Origin: Candidatus Hydrothermarchaeum profundi
GTDB taxonomy: Archaea > Hydrothermarchaeota > Hydrothermarchaeia > Hydrothermarchaeales > Hydrothermarchaeaceae
Direction of reading: 5' to 3'
DNA length: 64,000 bases
Assembly: GCA_002011125.2 (NCBI GenBank)
Contig: MTMF02000009.1
Coordinates: 32,001-96,000 of the forward strand
Part shown: piece after piece, positions 31,160 through 39,876 of the stretch
How positions within the stretch are numbered: the first letter of the stretch is position 1
How the letters are laid out: each line of letters opens with the position of its first letter
Made by a program: the position numbers and the translations under genes
Notes under the pieces: generated by a model
The model's database searches: none
Seen by the model: only the letters and a program-made list of their open reading frames with translations
Told to the model about the DNA's origin: nothing

Positions 31160-32005
31160 TCACAACCGTTTCTTATCTTGAGGCACTGGCGACCCTCCTA
31201 TGGACAACGACATCCCTTCCAGTTGGTCCTGCAATGACATAGGGTAAGAAACAAGGCACTCTGGCAGGAGTTTCTTAATCCTCGATTTCTCTTCCTCGGA
31301 GAATCTGTTGTGTTCGAGGTCTGGGCACCATATATCCTCGAGGTAGAGGCACTCAAGATTCTGCAGGTTGCTGATTTCATCAGGAAGGCTCCTCAGACGA
31401 TTGCACCTTAAATCAAGCGTCCAGAGATTTTTAAGCTCCCCTATCTGAGGGGGCAGCCTGCCCAGACGGTTTGAGGACAAGTCAAGATATTCAAGGCTTT
31501 TTAGTTTTCCGATATCCTCCGGGAGTTCTGTAAGCATATTATCCCTTAACAAGAGATATCTCAGTTCTCTGAGCTTCCACACATCCTCCGGGAGCTCCCG
31601 GAGTCCCAAGTCCCGCAGGTCAAGCATCACCAGATCCCTGTTCTCACAGAGCCCATCCAAGGAACTGCTATGCCTCGTGCCCAGGGCTTCTGGCATGCTT
31701 TTGTAACTGAAGTTCTGCACCCTTAACCTGTCGTCCACCACGATTTCCACTCTCCCCAGCATTTCACCGGGGCGATGAGACAAACCGTCTCTTGGTGTTT
31801 GAAACAACATAACACAGGTTGCGTCAACCTCCCATCCACCTTTAATCTTCCTCCGGTAGTCTATTTTTATACTGCCTAGATAATAAGACCCTTCCCCGTC
31901 TATCCGTATCCAACAGCAGTGCCTTCTCTCAAAGGGCAGGTCCTTCCAAAGCTCTTTATCTATCACATCAATTACGAACTCTACTGTAATGTCTTCCATT
32001 GCCAT
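31160..32005 (-). CDS. Leucine-rich repeat protein with unknown N-terminal domain
   Basis: About four 23-aa LxxLxLxxNxLxxLPxxI repeats and a cap (NRFSEEEKSRIKKLLP). Confidence 0.88.
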   Translation of the reverse strand: MAMEDITVEFVIDVIDKELWKDLPFERRHCCWIRIDGEGSYYLGSIKIDYRRKIKGGWEVDATCVMLFQTPRDGLSHRPGEMLGRVEIVVDDRLRVQNFSYKSMPEALGTRHSSSLDGLCENRDLVMLDLRDLGLRELPEDVWKLRELRYLLLRDNMLTELPEDIGKLKSLEYLDLSSNRLGRLPPQIGELKNLWTLDLRCNRLRSLPDEISNLQNLECLYLEDIWCPDLEHNRFSEEEKSRIKKLLPECLVSYPMSLQDQLEGMSLSIGGSPVPQDKKRL

Positions 32006-32202
32006 CGCTTATTACCTAACTCCTGCGCTTTTAGAATAAATATCCTTTGCTATATCCCGAGGACAAATGTAAGGGTTCCCATCCCCATCCAACAGCCCTG
32101 TACAGTTTTCCAATCCTTTGAGTCATCCAAACCTTCCTTTAGAACCGTTAAAGTTCGACAGGTTTATAAATATTCAGACAGATATGTTGGACGGTAATTG
32201 AA

Positions 32203-32871
32203 ATGAAGTTGCCTGATGAACCTCTGAAAAAGCAAGAACCACAGAGCCAATCAGTTGCTTCTCAACTTCCACTAAGGCTAGTAGTACAGTATGTTATCAA
32301 CGCCGAGGAGGACGGAACCTTTGTAACCGGAAGAGTGGAAACAGGAACTGTGAAGGTCGGCGACAAAGTGTCTTTCGAACCAGCGGGGGTTAGTGGTGTA
32401 GTCACATCCATCTCCATGTATCCTGAAGACATAGAGAAGGCTGGACCCGGCGATGACATCGGCTTCATTGTAAAAGGCGTGAAGAAGGATGACATAGGGA
32501 CAGGCGATATCTGCGGTCCTATAAGCAATCCCCCAACTATTGCAAAAGAATTCACAGCCTCGCTACAGGTTATTGACATCCCAGACTTAATCGAAGTTGG
32601 GTACACCGCACTGCTGGATATTCACCAAGTACAGGTGACATGCAAGTTCGTGGAGCTTATATCTAAGCTTGATCCAGACACATTCGATGTCATTGAGAAA
32701 AACCCTGCCTCCCTCAAGCCACCCGATGTCGGCGTAGTGAGGATCGAGACCACACAGCCCCTGGTGGTCGAGAAATTCAAAGAAGTGCCATACCTCGGTA
32801 GATTCACTATAAGGGATATGGAAGCCCCTAACGAATTGGCAGTCACCGCGTTGTCGCCATTGGCTTTATAG
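32203..32871 (+). CDS. EF-1alpha domain II+III paralog lacking the GTPase domain
   Basis: LPLRL.VQ, GRVETG..KVGD.V.FEP, A.PGD.IGF.VKGV, EKF...PYLGRF.IRDM. Confidence 0.88.
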   Translation: MKLPDEPLKKQEPQSQSVASQLPLRLVVQYVINAEEDGTFVTGRVETGTVKVGDKVSFEPAGVSGVVTSISMYPEDIEKAGPGDDIGFIVKGVKKDDIGTGDICGPISNPPTIAKEFTASLQVIDIPDLIEVGYTALLDIHQVQVTCKFVELISKLDPDTFDVIEKNPASLKPPDVGVVRIETTQPLVVEKFKEVPYLGRFTIRDMEAPNELAVTALSPLAL

Positions 32872-32958
32872 AAAATTGCTCCCTCTAAAACATTAGTCTA
32901 TGGCAGCCTTCGAAATAAAAACTTATACTGGGAACACTCAACTATAAAAGGCGAGATT

Positions 32959-33846
32959 ATGAAAGAGCAAATTCCCCCAGATAAGCCCGGACATGTCCCG
33001 GAGCAAAAGGTCATAGACCCCCTAACAGGTAAGGACATGACAGGAAAATATGTGTTGGACAAAAGAGAGGGATTCGAGACATGTCTGAGGGAAGTATTCC
33101 TAGAGATCGCCAGAAGAGCCTTCAATAGAGAAGAGAACATCGCCCGGGCGATGATAGAGAAGGCCCTCAAATGCCATAGGGAATACTTCCAGGCAATGAA
33201 AGGAGCCACAAACCTTCACCCAGAGAACATCAAAGATGCCGTCAAAGATGAGGAGAAACGGCAGAAGAGATTCTACGATGCCCTAGATAGACTCGCAGAA
33301 GAGTTCAAAAACTTAGGTGCCCGGTTCGAAGTAATGCCCCCTGACAAAGTGTATAAAGACTCTGGATGGAACACAGGACTTGTTCACGGCTGCAACATCA
33401 AGACTAATGGCACATACCTCTGCGCCTTCCCCCTGGTACCCGCAGTGACCTTCTGTTACCTAGCCCCAGTCCAAGAACCTGTTGCAGCCCAAGTGATCTT
33501 CGCAGACAATGACTGCGTTATACTGGCTCCCCACAGCCAAGACTTTGGAGATGCCTTCACCAAGGCTGCAGAGCGCATCTTCGGCATACCAGAAGATAAG
33601 AGGGATGACTTCCCCAAAGCCCAGAGGGCCTTTATCGGCAACAGCTTTCTCTCCTTGGTTTTAGAGGAATCCCTTTCATCCATCGAGCTGGAAGAATTGA
33701 GAAAGAAATACCGTGTTGTCGCCATCGAAAAAGGAGGCACAGAATTCACGGGGTACATATACACAGGAAAAGAGGATGAACTCCCAGCCCTCCTCAAAAA
33801 GGTATTTTTCCAGTGGCATTTCAACTTGAAGGTATTCGGAAGGTGA
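32959..33846 (+). CDS. Hypothetical protein
   Basis: 295-aa ORF with coherent codon use; no recognised motif. Confidence 0.7.
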   Translation: MKEQIPPDKPGHVPEQKVIDPLTGKDMTGKYVLDKREGFETCLREVFLEIARRAFNREENIARAMIEKALKCHREYFQAMKGATNLHPENIKDAVKDEEKRQKRFYDALDRLAEEFKNLGARFEVMPPDKVYKDSGWNTGLVHGCNIKTNGTYLCAFPLVPAVTFCYLAPVQEPVAAQVIFADNDCVILAPHSQDFGDAFTKAAERIFGIPEDKRDDFPKAQRAFIGNSFLSLVLEESLSSIELEELRKKYRVVAIEKGGTEFTGYIYTGKEDELPALLKKVFFQWHFNLKVFGR

Positions 33847-33859
33847 TAGAACGGTAGAA

Positions 33860-34267
33860 GAAAAAAATGTGACATCCCTCCTCCGTGCCCTAGAGGAGGA
33901 GGACACCTTTGTGCGGCAGGAGGCCGCCTAGGCACTTGGAAGGCTGGGAGACGCCCGGGCAGTAGAACCCCTTATTAGGGCCCTAAAGGACAAGAACAGG
34001 GCGGTGAGAGCAGAGGCGGTCCAAGCCCTAGGAATGATAGGGGACGAATCTGCCTTAGAGGCAATAAAAGAGATGCTCAAGGACCCCGAGTCCATGGTCA
34101 GGGAGTACGCCCTCACAGCCCTGCGGCTTCTCGGGACCCGGGAAGCCATCAAGGCCCTGAAGAGCCACAAAGACCTCAGCAGGTGCGTCCGGGAGGAGCA
34201 AAGCTTGATATCTTGGAGAAGGAGAGGAAGGGCGGGTAGACAATTAGGGGGTATCGCCTCCGCTTAG
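33860..34267 (+). pseudogene. HEAT-repeat (PBS lyase-type) pseudogene
   Basis: VRQEAA*ALGRLGDARAVEPLIRALKD..VRAEAVQALG; in-frame TAG at 33929 and a damaged 5' end. Confidence 0.8.
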
Positions 34268-34367
34268 ACTAAGGATACGATAAAGAAGAGGGTCTTTGAG
34301 GGTATTATTTACCATTTGGGTCTGATAATCGCAAGAATTATATTTTCTTATCCTGTAGGTTTTTCAC

Positions 34368-34637
34368 ATGAAGTCATTGAGGGAAAACCTAAGGGACTGA
34401 ACTGACTGGGATATAGCCGAATATTACCTGGCCGTGGCTCTGGGGCTCATGCCCACTGAGGATGAAGATGATGAGATATTTAGATTAAAAGCAAAACACG
34501 TCTTCTGGACCAGCAATCCTCTGGGGACATTCCTTGGAGGTGTTTTCATGGATATGGTAGAACTGGGAGTCCTTGAATACGGCAAGGATGAGGAGCGCTC
34601 CGCTGGAACCCCGGCTATCAGGGGAGCTGGGAATAGA
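34368..34637 (+). pseudogene. Degraded hypothetical gene
   Basis: ATG at 34368, in-frame TGA at 34398 (LRD*TDWD), and an apparent frameshift before RWNPGYQGSWE*. Confidence 0.55.
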
Positions 34638-34840
34638 TTTCCAGTTTTTATCTACTGCCCAAGAGTTGTAACAATGGGGGGGAAGTATCGCCTGATAAAA
34701 GCCTGTCAAAGCACTTTGCAAAAGATGGAGTTGGTCACCACTGAAACCGAGCCTACAGCATGGCCGAAGCCGGAGTATATAAATCGTGTGAACTATTGAA
34801 CTTAGGAAAATATGGAACTCCTTGAAATTTAATATGATTT

Positions 34841-34856
34841 ATGCTGGGGAAGGGAT
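34841..34856. repeat. Degenerate copy of the tRNA-Leu 3' end (att-like)
   Basis: ATGCTGGGGAAGGGAT versus ATGCGGGGGAAGGGAT at 35648-35663 (15/16 identical). Confidence 0.55.
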
Positions 34857-34878
34857 ACCCGCACGGATTTACCAGTAC

Positions 34879-35091
34879 TCATGGGGTGATGGTTACACCT
34901 TTCTTTTTTAATCTCTCAATTATCTCTTCGTATGTTTCTTTGTCTCTGAGTTCACGTAGCTGCTTTACGGTATCTCCTTTTTTGGGCATTATTAAAGCTA
35001 GGAAGCGGGCGTACTCTACGGGGTTAAGCTCCTTTTTTGCTATATCCACCACTTTCTCAAGGACTTTTATGTCTTCAGCCTTAGCAGCCAT
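34879..35091 (-). CDS. Antitoxin partner of the PIN toxin
   Basis: ELNPVEYARFL...GD pattern; coupled downstream of the PIN gene. Confidence 0.75.
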   Translation of the reverse strand: MAAKAEDIKVLEKVVDIAKKELNPVEYARFLALIMPKKGDTVKQLRELRDKETYEEIIERLKKKGVTITP

Positions 35092-35552
35092 TATAACTCC
35101 TCTTCAACAAACTCTATGGGATTAACGACTTTAATACTGTATCGCTTCTCGATTTCCACTTTCTTATTTAATATTCTGTCATCGCAGGTTATAAAATAAT
35201 CTGAATTATTAATGGCAAAAGCAAGATGTATCGCATCCTTATCCTTCAGACCCATGGCTTTAATCTCTCTCTGTAACGACCTTGAAAACCACTTGATTCT
35301 CTCCGAGACAAACAGATCTACGATAGCCTTAACCGATCTTCTTTTCCATTTCTCTTCGATTTGTTCTATCTCGTCATCCAATATCAGCGATCCCACGATT
35401 AAGCATTTATGTCGTTGATACACTGCCTCCAGAATCTTGAAAAAAGCCTCGGCTTCTCTTCGAATTCTAATCTGCGTCTGGTCATCAAAGAGGCGACTCC
35501 ACACATTCGCATCCAGATAAATTCTGAGCACGTCGTGAGGTAAGAGTTGCAA
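35091..35552 (-). CDS. PIN-domain (VapC-like) toxin
   Basis: IYLDANV..RLFDDQ.Q.RI..E, DAIHLA, FITCD. Confidence 0.9.
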   Translation of the reverse strand: MQLLPHDVLRIYLDANVWSRLFDDQTQIRIRREAEAFFKILEAVYQRHKCLIVGSLILDDEIEQIEEKWKRRSVKAIVDLFVSERIKWFSRSLQREIKAMGLKDKDAIHLAFAINNSDYFITCDDRILNKKVEIEKRYSIKVVNPIEFVEEEL

Positions 35553-35648
35553 CCATATAACTGTTTCTATTTTAAATAGATTAAATTACGTGTAAAATGG
35601 TTAATTACTTCTGATTTAACCCTATTTTATTAAAAAGGGCATAAATGA

Positions 35649-35734
35649 TGCGGGGGAAGGGATTTGAACCCTCGCAAGCACTAAGCTAACGGATCTTAAG
35701 TCCGTCCCCTTTGGCCATACTCGGGCACCCCCGC
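35649..35734 (-). tRNA. tRNA-Leu(TAA)
   Basis: GCGGGGG acceptor stem, anticodon arm ACGGA-CTTAAGA-TCCGT, long variable arm, GGTTCAAATCC; CCA not encoded. Confidence 0.97.
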
Positions 35735-35735
35735 T

Positions 35736-35849
35736 TTATCTAGCTCTTATTTTAGCTTTCCTTCTTCTTTCCCTTAATTTCTTTTTCCTTGTTTTCCATC
35801 TGCATTTTCCACGTTTTTTCCATTTCCTAGATGAATGTTTTCCTGCCAC
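35736..35849 (-). CDS. rpl41e: Ribosomal protein eS32 (L41e), 37 aa, absent from the ORF track
   Basis: GGAGG RBS + GTG; MAGKHSSRKWKKRGKCRWKTRKKKLRERRRKAKIRAR matches the archaeal RKWKKKG.MRWK pattern. Confidence 0.85.
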   Translation of the reverse strand: MAGKHSSRKWKKRGKCRWKTRKKKLRERRRKAKIRAR

Positions 35850-35908
35850 TAAATTCCTCCTGAATTTCTTTTTCTTTGTCTCCTTCAATATAAGGATGTC
35901 GGATTAGA

Positions 35909-35983
35909 CGGGCCCGGCGGGATTTGAACCCGCGGTCTGCAGCTTAGAAGGCTGCCGCCTTATCCTAGCTAGGCTACGAGCCC
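35909..35983 (-). tRNA. tRNA-Arg(TCT)
   Basis: GGGCTCG acceptor, anticodon arm GCAGC-CTTCTAA-GCTGC, GGTTCAAATCC. Confidence 0.97.
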
Positions 35984-36631
35984 AATTATATCCTCGCATG
36001 TGGGGAGGCTCTTATATTTTACGCCCAGCTGTCTGGGCAGGTCTAAAACTTCTTTGCACTTCTGAATGATAATATTATCGCTAGTACAGACAACGCCTTC
36101 ACTATTAATTATTTCGAAATCCGCCTTATCTGAGGTTCTTGCAGTTCCTTTTAAACCTGCTTCAGACATCTTCCGTCTGACTAGACTGCACAGTTCTCCG
36201 CTAAAACTAACCTGTGAATCAAAAATGAAATGCGCCTCCTTGGGTGATGCATCAGACAAGGCTTTCACTATCATTTCTATTGCTTGCTCTGTCGTTCTAG
36301 AAAACCGGTATTTCCCGAAAGTAGCTGCCACATCTCTAATAAAACCGTCATCAGAAAGAAAAAGCAATTTCCCTTTTAAAGCACTCTCAACCGTTATTAG
36401 TACATTGTAGCCATCGATTATAGCGGTGCGGCCTTTTAACGCTTTTATGCCAACCCTTCGGCTCTTATGCTCCTCTGCCTCCCTTTTTGAGAAGACTGCC
36501 CTCACTAGTATATTCCTCTGAGATAGCGTTAACCCATATCTATTAGCAACAAGCCTAACAGCAGTAGTCCTTTTATATCCCCTGTTCAGTAGGAACCTCA
36601 AGTCACAAATCGGGTCTTTGAGTTCCAACAT
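35969..36631 (-). CDS. DUF434-family protein
   Basis: DLRFLLNRGY, IDGYNVLIT, DDGFIRD, SFSGEL, TSD. Confidence 0.9.
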   Translation of the reverse strand: MLELKDPICDLRFLLNRGYKRTTAVRLVANRYGLTLSQRNILVRAVFSKREAEEHKSRRVGIKALKGRTAIIDGYNVLITVESALKGKLLFLSDDGFIRDVAATFGKYRFSRTTEQAIEMIVKALSDASPKEAHFIFDSQVSFSGELCSLVRRKMSEAGLKGTARTSDKADFEIINSEGVVCTSDNIIIQKCKEVLDLPRQLGVKYKSLPTCEDIIGLVA

Positions 36632-39468
36632 TATTCCACGTAGATAGCTGGCTTCATAGGAGAAGCCTGCTTCCTCTTCCCCATAGGATCGTACACCTCT
36701 TCATCCGCAGAATAAACCTCAACCGGACATCCAAACTCCTTCTCAAAGAACTGTCTAGCATCTCTGAGCGCAGCCAACTCATCTATCTCCTCTACCCTTA
36801 CCTTGCTTATATCCTTTATAAGAGAGCTAACATAAGCTGAAACTTCCTTTCCAATAGCCCTTAACTCACCGTCTTCCATCGCCTTTGACATTATCTCCTT
36901 CATGTTCGGCTTGCCTACCTCTTTTATCACTTTATTTACCTTCAGCTTCCATTTAGGGGAAGTATAGATGTAGATTTTCTTAGGCTTGATGTCAGTTACC
37001 TTCAGGATGTTATCAACGTCATCGAGCGTCTTACCAATTAGTTCCTCCGCTAGTTCTGCCTCCTCACTTATCAACCCTTCATCATACTTCGGCCACTCGG
37101 CAAGAGAAACATATCCCTCTTTTCCAAGCTTCTCCCAGACCTCTTCACATATCATAGGGGTAACAGGCGATATAAGCCTCACCCATATATCTACGACCTC
37201 AGCGAAGACTTTTTTATTAGGCTTATCTCTCCGGAGATACCATCTAACATCATTAAAGAAGTCAAAAAATGCTGCCTGAAAAGCGCTTCTAAATCTAAGA
37301 GACTCATACTCCACAGTCGCTTTTCTAACATGCTTCTGAACCCTACTGCGGAGCCATACATCGATCCTTCGCTCCTCCATCTCCTCCATTCCATGAAGCT
37401 GGCTCACCACATCATAGAATGCCTTTAACCTACCTTGGATATCTAAGGCAGACTTGCTTCTCCAATCAGGATCTCTAAGACCCTCCGCAGAATATAGAAG
37501 AGTAGCTCTCGTAGCATCCGCCCCAAACTCTACCAAGGCTTTTTTCAATGTAATAAAGTTCCCGAGAGACTTGCTCATCTTCTCCCCCTCCACGTTAATC
37601 ATGCCATTCACTCCAATCCTTCTCGGCCATTTATCTCTCGGGAATAACGCCACATGATGGAAAATATAGAAGGTCAAATGATTAGGTATCAATTCCTTAG
37701 CAGAATTCCTGAGGTCAACCGGCATCCAATACTCAAACTCTGAACGCATCTCATCTAAGATGTCTTCTTTTATCCCGCTTTTCTCTGCCAGAGCCTTTAC
37801 GTCTCCCTCCCCAAGGAAGATATAATCAAAAACCTCTGGTCTAAGGCTTTCCGCTGGGATATCATACTGCCTAATATGTTTCTGTATAGTGTAAAACGCC
37901 ATATAAACCGTTGAGTCGCTGAGCGTTTCAACTATCCATTCAGGATCCCAAGGTAGCTTAGTACCAAGGCCGCTTTTCCTAGCACAGGCTTTATCTTCGA
38001 GCCAGCCTATAGTATACTCGAAGTTAGCCCTCGCCTCTTCAGGCAATATTTCCATGTCCGCAAGAGCTTCCAGCACTTTTTTCTTCCACTCTTCATCCGA
38101 ATATTTTAAAAACCACTGGTTTTTAAGGATTTTAACTAAACACTTTGTACCACACCTGCAGATGACTTCATCAGCCAACTCAAACATCTTATCGGCGATA
38201 CCATCTTTTTCAAAGTCCGCAACAAGACTTTTCTTTACCTCGCTTACCTTCATCCCCTTATATTTGCCTGTATTTTCTTTCAGCACCCCCTTGTAAAATT
38301 CCTCCTTATAAATGACCTCTGTAGCCTCATCCAACCTTGGGTCATTTTGGTCCTTAATACCCATCTTCTCGCTTATTTCTATGGCAGGATGCTCACCGAA
38401 TTTTTTAATTTTAATAAGAGATATGGGCTTGATGCTCTTGACTTCCTCAGGCGAAATACCATACTTTTCAACCAAGCCAGGATTAACCTGCAGGTCTCGC
38501 AATGCCACCCAATCGTAAGGAGCGTGAGATGGAACGCTCATAACAATTCCTGTAGCATTATCCGGGTCTACAAAAGTTGCAGGGAGATTAAGAACCTTAT
38601 CTTTTGTTACAGGATTTACACAGTATTTCCCTATTAGCTGTGAGCCCTTTATTCCCTCTTCAATGATTCTAACCTTTTTTTGCTCTTTTAATTTTACAGC
38701 TGCCTCCCTGCTTACAATCCATTCCTCTCCTCCAACTCTAATCCTCACGTGCTCTGCCTCAGGATTTATCCACATATTGGTAACGCCAAACACCGTTTCA
38801 GGCCTCAGTGTAGCTGCCGGCAGATAAGCCCCATTAAAAGGGAACTTTAGTACTGTAAACTCCACAGGAGAAACTCCCTCTCCACGAAGACGATCATGAT
38901 CCCCTGTCGGAGACTCGTCATGCGGACACCAAACAACCGGGTGGGTACCCTTTATAACATATCCTTTTTTCCTGAGACTTAGATACTGCCATTCAATGAA
39001 TTTATCAAAATGCGGATTTAGAGAAGTCGTATGAAACTCCCTTCTCCAATCTACAGAGTGCCCTATTCTTTTTACCGCCTCTTTCGACTCCTTAATATAA
39101 TATTTAGCAATATATGCCGGATCACCGAACTTCTTTAGATCCTCTTCAGGCACTCCGTCTATCTCCCTGAAGATACGGATCTGATCTTCATCTCCTCTTT
39201 TTACTCTCTCGGCCGCACCGGTTATAGGTTCTCCTGTAAGATGCCATGCCCAAGGAAACAAAACATTATACCCCTGCATACGCTTAAATCTAGCGTAAAC
39301 ATCGCACCTTGCAGAGGTTAATGCGTGTCCTATGTGTAATGGACCATTCATATAAGGGAAGGGAAAAGTGACAAAGATCTTCTTCTTACCTTCAGTAGGA
39401 TCTGCCTCAAAGATTTTTGATTCTTCCCATCTCTTTACCCATTTCTCTTCGATTTCCTTAACATCCAT
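36631..39468 (-). CDS. leuS: Leucine--tRNA ligase (archaeal type)
   Basis: PYMNGPLHIGH, ATLRPET, GIVMSVPSHAPYD, KMSKS; ATG at 39468 preferred. Confidence 0.98.
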   Translation of the reverse strand: MDVKEIEEKWVKRWEESKIFEADPTEGKKKIFVTFPFPYMNGPLHIGHALTSARCDVYARFKRMQGYNVLFPWAWHLTGEPITGAAERVKRGDEDQIRIFREIDGVPEEDLKKFGDPAYIAKYYIKESKEAVKRIGHSVDWRREFHTTSLNPHFDKFIEWQYLSLRKKGYVIKGTHPVVWCPHDESPTGDHDRLRGEGVSPVEFTVLKFPFNGAYLPAATLRPETVFGVTNMWINPEAEHVRIRVGGEEWIVSREAAVKLKEQKKVRIIEEGIKGSQLIGKYCVNPVTKDKVLNLPATFVDPDNATGIVMSVPSHAPYDWVALRDLQVNPGLVEKYGISPEEVKSIKPISLIKIKKFGEHPAIEISEKMGIKDQNDPRLDEATEVIYKEEFYKGVLKENTGKYKGMKVSEVKKSLVADFEKDGIADKMFELADEVICRCGTKCLVKILKNQWFLKYSDEEWKKKVLEALADMEILPEEARANFEYTIGWLEDKACARKSGLGTKLPWDPEWIVETLSDSTVYMAFYTIQKHIRQYDIPAESLRPEVFDYIFLGEGDVKALAEKSGIKEDILDEMRSEFEYWMPVDLRNSAKELIPNHLTFYIFHHVALFPRDKWPRRIGVNGMINVEGEKMSKSLGNFITLKKALVEFGADATRATLLYSAEGLRDPDWRSKSALDIQGRLKAFYDVVSQLHGMEEMEERRIDVWLRSRVQKHVRKATVEYESLRFRSAFQAAFFDFFNDVRWYLRRDKPNKKVFAEVVDIWVRLISPVTPMICEEVWEKLGKEGYVSLAEWPKYDEGLISEEAELAEELIGKTLDDVDNILKVTDIKPKKIYIYTSPKWKLKVNKVIKEVGKPNMKEIMSKAMEDGELRAIGKEVSAYVSSLIKDISKVRVEEIDELAALRDARQFFEKEFGCPVEVYSADEEVYDPMGKRKQASPMKPAIYVE

Positions 39469-39537
39469 GGAGTAAGATGATTTAATACAAAGCATTTAAA
39501 TTTTTGGAAGAAAAATAAATTAGACTATGTGAAGGGG

Positions 39538-39687
39538 CTAGTAGCGGCTTTTATCAAGCTCCTCTATTGCCTTATACACAGCTAGTTCGCAAAACTGTGC
39601 CCGAGATTTATACAAGCCTGTTTTAACTGCTCCATCGATTCTTTTTATTACTCCCTCTGCCAGGCGTAAATTAACACTCACACTCAT
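39538..39687 (-). CDS. Ribbon-helix-helix (CopG-like) protein
   Basis: GGAGG RBS; MSVSVNLRL...IDGAV..G.YKSRAQF. Confidence 0.8.
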   Translation of the reverse strand: MSVSVNLRLAEGVIKRIDGAVKTGLYKSRAQFCELAVYKAIEELDKSRY

Positions 39688-39744
39688 GTATTTACCTCCC
39701 TTTAGACGCTTTTTAATCACTAAATAGTAACAAAAAACTAATAT

Positions 39745-39763
39745 CAAAGATTAGGCAGTTGTG
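39745..39763. repeat. Left arm of a 19-bp perfect inverted repeat
   Basis: CAAAGATTAGGCAGTTGTG is the reverse complement of 57340-57358. Confidence 0.9.
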
Positions 39764-39876
39764 TATTCTAATTGCACGACTAAGAAATCGAGTTACTTAG
39801 ATATAAAACCTTTATCTTGGCAAAAACTGTCTCACTTATTTTAATGTTAAATAAAAGATAAAAATTCCTGCTTTCA

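Noticed and set aside
33929-33931. Pyrrolysine readthrough of the TAG in the HEAT gene
   Set aside because: The position fits a TGG-to-TAG change, the gene has other lesions, and no pyl genes are in the window.
39796-39823. XerA/dif-like site (TTAGATATAA arm; also at 56013)
   Set aside because: The second arm matches poorly; more simply a TATA region.
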